Positions 62,221-64,000 of a DNA stretch of 64,000 nucleotides are shown here, one piece after another. Made by a program: the position numbers and the translations under genes. Every line of letters begins with the position of its first letter. The first letter of the stretch is position 1. Source of the stretch: Pavona decussata (lineage: Eukaryota); contig CDRNST010000090.1 in assembly GCA_977016875.1 (NCBI GenBank), positions 744,001 to 808,000 of the forward strand. Reading direction: 5' to 3'. A model generated the notes under the pieces. It saw only the letters and a program-made list of their open reading frames with translations. It made no database searches and was not told the origin of the DNA.

Positions 62221-63909
62221 ACCTCAAAATCTGGCCTGGCTTGGTCGTTTCTATTGTTAGGACATGTCCTTAAAATTATGTGCCTAGTTATCTTCAGAAT
62301 TACTTTAAGTTATGCAACTTCCATATTCATAACTATAACACAAGAACCAGAACAAATCATTTTCTGGAAATAGTAAATCATAAGCACACACAACAATCCT
62401 TATTTAAAAAAGGGGTGCAGATTTTTAAAAATCTTAGCATGTCTTAAGTAAGGATGTTTATAAGAAGTCTTAGTCCCTTTTTCCCTTTTTAGTTTTTAGC
62501 CAGCAGGACCGGGATTGATAACAGTTTTCTATATTATTATTACTGTTATTAAGGGGGTTTGTGTAGATTTTGAAAATGGGATCTTTATGATATGTTCTTT
62601 ATGATATGATCTTTATGATATGTTTCTTAACTGTATCATGCCGATGTAGATTTAGTTGTTTGTACATTTATTTACATGCAGGAAAGTTTATATAAGCTTA
62701 CTAAATCTTGCGTTTTTTTCTGCACTGTAGAGTCAGACTTCCCCTTTCAATACACAAATGTTTTCAAACCCAGACCTTCCACACAAGCCGTCGCCTGAGG
62801 AACTAAGACTTGATGGTAAGCCCTCTGTATTTTCGGCGTACTTCCATTCCACTGGAACGGGGCATCTTTTTCACAGCCAGCACAAGACAAATTTCACACT
62901 AGACTACGGGATTGCCGGATTCGGGATTATCGTGAAAAAGGAGCGGGAATGCGGGATCAGGAAACCCCTTCTTCGCGACCCTGATAAGCGTTCTGCTACA
63001 AATTGAATGTACTATTCCAGTAGTCATTGTAATGTTGTTTAATCAGCAAAATCAATCTGTCTTTTGGACTTCAATATAGTTAAAACATTTGCTAAACTAC
63101 AACCAGTGACAATCTGTTCAACTGGATAAACGTGAACTTTGATTCAGTAAGTTAAGTACTAATCAATAAAGATTCTTCAAAATGATTTTTGAAGAAGCCA
63201 ATCACGTTGAAGGAGTACAAAACGCCTGACAAACGCAGAGCCAGGCTTTATAGATACCTGTTCTGTTTACTGTGGGTACGTTAGAAAACTACAAGCATGT
63301 AGTTCTCCACAGTCATATTCTTCTTCTTGTAAAAAGCCATTTCATCTTGTTTTATCTCTGCACAAAGTCCAAGAAGAAACTCCAAGATTAGCTTTCATTA
63401 CATAACAATAGCACATACATGTATTTCGATTATGACTGCAATTCCCCCAGAAGTTATCCTCGTTTTTACAAAGAATAGTTCCCCTCAGATATTCCTCCTT
63501 TGTAAATGGTTATAAGCACAATTTGCAATCTGCTTCCTGCTTCTGTGCCTTAAACGAAATAATGTTTCAGGTAAAATATTATATTAAGGTTTAGGGAAGA
63601 TATTCTGTAAAACTGACATGTAATGTTTACCTTCCGACTTTAGCATGGAAGTGGAAAGACCCTTGGAGCGGAGGTTGGATGCCAACCTACGTATGTTTTC
63701 CCTCCAACTCTGAAGAGAGTGGTGAGGGAAATTGTACCTGGCCATCCAGTGGAAAGGCCAGATCCAACCCATTCAGGGGTATGTTAGCTCTTTTTTTTGA
63801 AATAAAAATATGAAGTAAAAGGTTTACTTCCTAGACACTGCCATGTAAATGTACCTTATTGATATATAAGCCTTATCCCCCACCCCACTGCCCAGGTTAT
63901 TTTTTTTAA

Positions 63910-64000
63910 GAGCAATTCTGACAAGTTGTTTCATGGTGAAAAACTTTTAACTGTTTACTTGTTTAATTTTGAGGTTTATCTGGTCGTCATCGCGGACCTG
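63910..64000. mobile_element. Probable start of another Sola3-like TIR
   Basis: TTAA|GAGCAATTCTG shares its first 10 nt with the terminus at 52278. Confidence 0.5.

Noticed and set aside
63150-63790. Exon-like minus-strand blocks near the window end
   Set aside because: Splice-like signals but multiple stops and no recognisable motif.

Overview
AT-rich eukaryotic (animal) DNA, most likely a cnidarian such as a scleractinian coral. That is inferred only from the repeat families and spliceosomal introns. I found no intact host gene, rRNA, true tRNA or CRISPR array; the window is a nested transposon landscape. (1) 1-10590 is a near-identical 4486-bp tandem array made of a Sola3-type transposon 3' end, a LINE tail and half a Penelope arm. 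It breaks inside a hammerhead ribozyme and resolves into a complete inverted-arm Penelope insertion. (2) Several TTAA-targeting elements have long TIRs and GAG...CTC ends (Sola3-like). (3) A 7.8-kb element with Harbinger-type ends has no recognisable transposase but carries a spliced Tudor/chromo-barrel + coiled-coil + BEN-like gene. (4) A Ngaro/DIRS tyrosine-recombinase retroelement is interrupted by a complete 3.6-kb pogo/Tigger element, which carries a divergent HIRAN-domain gene next to a Cys-finger-fused transposase. (5) There are also decayed RAG1/Transib/Chapaev-like, Kolobok-like, CACTA-like, hAT and piggyBac transposases, an intronless kinase/putative-peptidase pseudogene, MITEs and a tRNA-derived SINE. 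The best candidates for under-described systems are the pogo+HIRAN element and the Harbinger-ended Tudor-BEN cargo element. All family assignments come from motif recognition by eye, not database searches.
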